From: Amoebophrya sp. A120
Lineage: Eukaryota; Protista; Dinoflagellata
Length of the DNA: 64,000 nt
Direction: 5' to 3'
Assembly (NCBI GenBank): GCA_905178155.1
Contig: CAJINV010000008.1
Span: 3,993,420-4,057,419 of the forward strand
The translations under genes were made by a program, and so were the position numbers. The stretch's first letter is position 1. The number at the start of each line of letters is the position of its first letter. Shown in pieces: positions 60,835-64,000 of the stretch. Below the pieces are notes generated by a model that did not search any database, was not told the origin of the DNA, and saw only the letters and a list, made by a program, of their open reading frames with translations.

Positions 60835-63800
60835 ATGTTTGGCAATCTGCATTTGCGGTCGCCGTACAAGCTGCAGGGCAGCACGGACCCCAGGATTCCC
60901 TCGCGTCCCCAGCCGGACAATCCGGTTGACATCCGGAGAAAACACATGTTACTGCCGCACAAGATGTATCCCAGTGTGCAATATTAAAACTATCTCACTC
61001 GTATTTTTACTAGTAGATGCAATCATGATACATCACAGATGTGTCTTGCTTGTTGTTCATCGATTCAAGCTGCGTCTTGCACGACAAATTATTACACAAT
61101 CGATCACTGTTAAGTAAGTCTTTCTCTTTGACGCCGTGTTGTCTGTAAGTAGGGCCTTAAATCTTTGACGCCGTGCCCGGGCACGGGAAGAAAGAAAGAA
61201 AGTCTTTCTCTAAAATCATTTGTGTTGTCATCGTACGGCCGCCCAGGTCTTACAGTATAGTACGGCGGTGCTTGTTTTGTATTGCACATGGTGCCGGCGA
61301 AGTTTTTCTTCACCGACCTCGACCAGCACCAGGCCGCGGAACTGGTGCAGAACGTGCTGGCGGCCTGGAAGTTCGCGACCTTCACCCTCCCCTACGTGCG
61401 AAAATTGGAAAAGCGCATCCTCGCGTTCGACAAGTACGGCGACCTGGAGGCGCTGTACTTGAAGACCATGCGCGCGCTGAAGGAGGCCCGCGACCACGTG
61501 AAGGACCTGCATATCAAATGTAAAAATGTCTGGGTCTGGAAGATTGCAACTTGTCATGGTAAATCTGAAGCATGCAAAAATCTGTGTTGCATGAGTGCCA
61601 AAAGCTGTACACTTTTGACCTCCAAGTTGGAAGGGAGTTTCCCATGCAGGATAGGCATGGCAGAGACCTCGCAGAGTCTGTCATGCTGAGGCCCGCATTC
61701 CAGGCCTCGTGGGTCATGGAAAATCTGCATGACAAGTCTACACTTTTCCAGACCCAGACATTTTTACACTTGATACTGCAGCGGCAGTTGCAAAACGAGC
61801 GGCACAGCAGCGACTTGCTGCTCGCGCGGACCCGGGCGATCCGCGTCACGGGCCTCCGGTTTCTCGCGGCGCAGCTCCGGAAGTACCGCCGAAAAGCGCT
61901 CTTCTGGCAGACCAAGTTCGCACGGTACGAGCGGCACAGCGAGAACGCCAAGGCGGTTTTGGCCGCGAAGGTGGCGGACTTCTTCGAGCAGCTCGACCGG
62001 TGGCGCAACGAGGCGCTCGCGCGCGAGGCGATGTATGACCTGCTCAAGCGTTACAATCTCAAACGTTACAATAGCATCTGAGACTTGTCTTGCATGATCA
62101 ACATGACAGACTCGGACAGCATTCCACATTCTGCAATACAAATTTCGGCAGATTGTAGTGCGGATTGGGACTCCAGAACTTGTCATGCGCAATCCTGTGG
62201 GAGTAGGGTAGATCATGCACTTCTTGCAATACAAATTCCAGATTCTATTGTAACGTGTGAGATTGGAACATCTGACCACGTTATACGATGATGGCCTTCT
62301 TTCTCGACGTCTACCGCACGTTCCATTACAAGTATCAACTGCAAAAATGTCTGGGTCTGGAAGGATGGAACTTGTGATGGTAACTTTGGACTCTAAAAAA
62401 ATCTGTATTGCATGACCAGCAAGAGGAGTCTAGTTTGTGCTACGCGGGGAGGGCATTTGTCATGCGGAGTAGGCATGATCAGGAAGACCTCTAAAAATCC
62501 GCGATGCTCGGTCGTGCATTACAGACATCCTGAGTTATGCAAAGTATGCATGACAAACCCGGCAACATTCCAGACCCAGACATTTTTGCATTTGATAACA
62601 AGTATGACCTAGCGAAAGCGCGCGGGAACAAGCAAACCGAAATGCTGCTGGACCTGCAGTATCCCGTGCAAAACAAAGTCTCGTACTTCTAGTCGAACGA
62701 TATCAGGCAACATGACAATTATGTTTTTCCACCTGAGGACTCTGCATTTGACAAAATCCAACTTCATCTTTTCGGGAAAACGAACTCAGATCCATGCAAC
62801 TTTCTTTTCGGAAAAATTTGTCCTCTTGTGGAGGCAAGGTGTACTTACTACTAGTAGTTGTATGAGACTAGTTTTGCAATGCATAGGCAGCAACAGACGG
62901 AGGTGTTGGAAAAGGAGCGCGACACCCTGGTGATAGAGCGGGACCGACTGATCACGGAGAAGCTGCAGCTACTTGAGGACAAGAGACAGCTGCTGAGTGA
63001 GGAAATCCCGATGAAGAACGAGGAGATTGTCGTGTGGAGGAGCAAGCTCCTGCTTGCCCGGAGCTCGCTGCAGTACGCCTGTCTCCAGGCGTGGCGTAAG
63101 CACGCGGTGATCGGCGGGAAGAACCGCGAGATCGCCACGTTGCGGGAGGAGTTAAAGGACTTTAAGAAAGTGCAAAACGAACTGTTTGCGGAGCGCCGGA
63201 CCAGCGACCTGCTGCGTCAAGTGATTGCGGAGAAAACGGACAAGCTCGACGAGATGGAAACCATCGCGGAAAAGGTGCGGGCGCTGGAGCAAAACCTGAA
63301 ACAAACACAGTTTGAGCGGAACGAGTTGCAGTCCCTTCTCGACGCCAAAGTGACCCGGCCGACCATACCGGCACGGTTTTTGTGCATGAAGTGCATGAAC
63401 GACGTGAACGAGATGAAGGAAAAGATGGAGCGAAAGGCACAGAAGCTATGCAGCTGCACAAGAATAACTTTCATTTCCACAACACCAATCGCACTACGCG
63501 CACATCAAAAAATAGGGACCATATATGACAGACTCAGAATGATTCATACTTCACCTACTTATCTTGCTTTTTACCACATCAGATCCATTTGGTAGTGTGG
63601 TCGTCGTGTCATGCACAATTTTTATTGTGTGCGTGCTGCATCTATAACCAACGGTGCGTGGTCAGAAATGAATTTGTACCTGCATAGCACCAGCTGTTGC
63701 AGAAGACGCGAAACCGGCAAAACGCCAGCGAGTTTCTGGTCAACGAGCTGCACATAGTTCCCGACGGAGACTACGTGAAGAAGCTGCTGCGGGGGTCCGG

Positions 63801-63846
63801 AGTGAGCGGCGGCAGTGGCGGTGGAGGCGGGATAGGACAGAGATGA
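60835..63846 (+). CDS. Coiled-coil protein with a CxxC near the C-terminus, function unknown
   Basis: Exons 60835-60966, 61291-61511, 61781-62033, 62291-62332, 62603-62659, 62891-63446 and 63692-63846. All six introns are introner-like and join in frame. Confidence 0.75.
60967..61290. mobile_element. Degenerate introner-like intron
   Basis: agatg|tatcccagtgtgcaatattaaaac...gttttgtattgcacatg; IR present; restores PHKMVPAKF. Confidence 0.6.
61512..61775. mobile_element. Introner family A
   Basis: ctgca|tatcaaatgtaaaaatgtctgggtctggaa...ttccagacccagacatttttacacttgata|ctgca. Confidence 0.95.
62034..62285. mobile_element. Introner family D-like
   Basis: cgatg|tatgacctgctcaagcgttacaatctca...tgagattggaacatctgaccacgttata|cgatg. 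Confidence 0.85.
62333..62597. mobile_element. Introner family A
   Basis: acaag|tatcaactgcaaaaatgtctgggtctggaa...ttccagacccagacatttttgcatttgata|acaag. Confidence 0.95.
62660..62885. mobile_element. Introner, family B-related
   Basis: tgcag|tatcccgtgcaaaacaaagtctcgtac...gtatgagactagttttgcaatgcata|ggcag. Confidence 0.85.
63447..63686. mobile_element. Degenerate introner
   Basis: gaagc|tatgcagctgcacaa...ttgtacctgcata|gcacc (repeat 3/5); frame restored. Confidence 0.7.
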
Positions 63847-64000
63847 CAAATAATAAATGGCGAGAAGGTGTTGACGAGAGAAGACAATGACGGCATGACT
63901 TGATTAAATGGTCGTAAGATCCTGCTTCATCCATCGTGACCTTCGACAAACAAGAAGACTCGTCTCGCTCTTGCAACTACAATGTCTGCACGCTGGCTGG

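Noticed and set aside
14893-62597. Recurring peptides such as SNVKMSGSG, KCKNVWVWK, PDPDIFTFD and FQTQTFLHLI as a protein repeat family
   Set aside because: They are translations of the family-A TIR in different frames.

Overview
Eukaryotic protist DNA with 11 protein-coding genes, all on the + strand. The architecture best matches the parasitic dinoflagellate Amoebophrya (Syndiniales); this is an inference from intron architecture, not a database hit. The dominant signal is about 30 non-autonomous transposon-like 'introner' insertions inside coding exons. Typical copies run 5'-TAT...ATA-3', have terminal inverted repeats (several distinct TIR types) and are flanked by a 5-bp direct repeat. 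Removing the element plus one repeat copy restores the reading frame, usually with no GT-AG available in any register. The same element occurs in both orientations in sense-strand genes, and unrelated families share a GCATNACA motif. A 2.3-kb introner-like intron appears to join the largest ORFs into one ~4,317-aa CDS. Genes recognisable after removing the elements: DZIP1-like, SAYSvFN(SAYSD1)+SEC-C, outer-dynein-arm docking-complex-like, an EF-hand protein and a PAS-like protein. Also present: two MITE-like elements nested in canonical introns, palindrome clusters, a decamer satellite and a 291-bp tandem duplication. No transposase, rRNA, tRNA or CRISPR array was seen. Coordinates were read by eye, and exon junctions are predictions that can slide within the 5-bp repeats.
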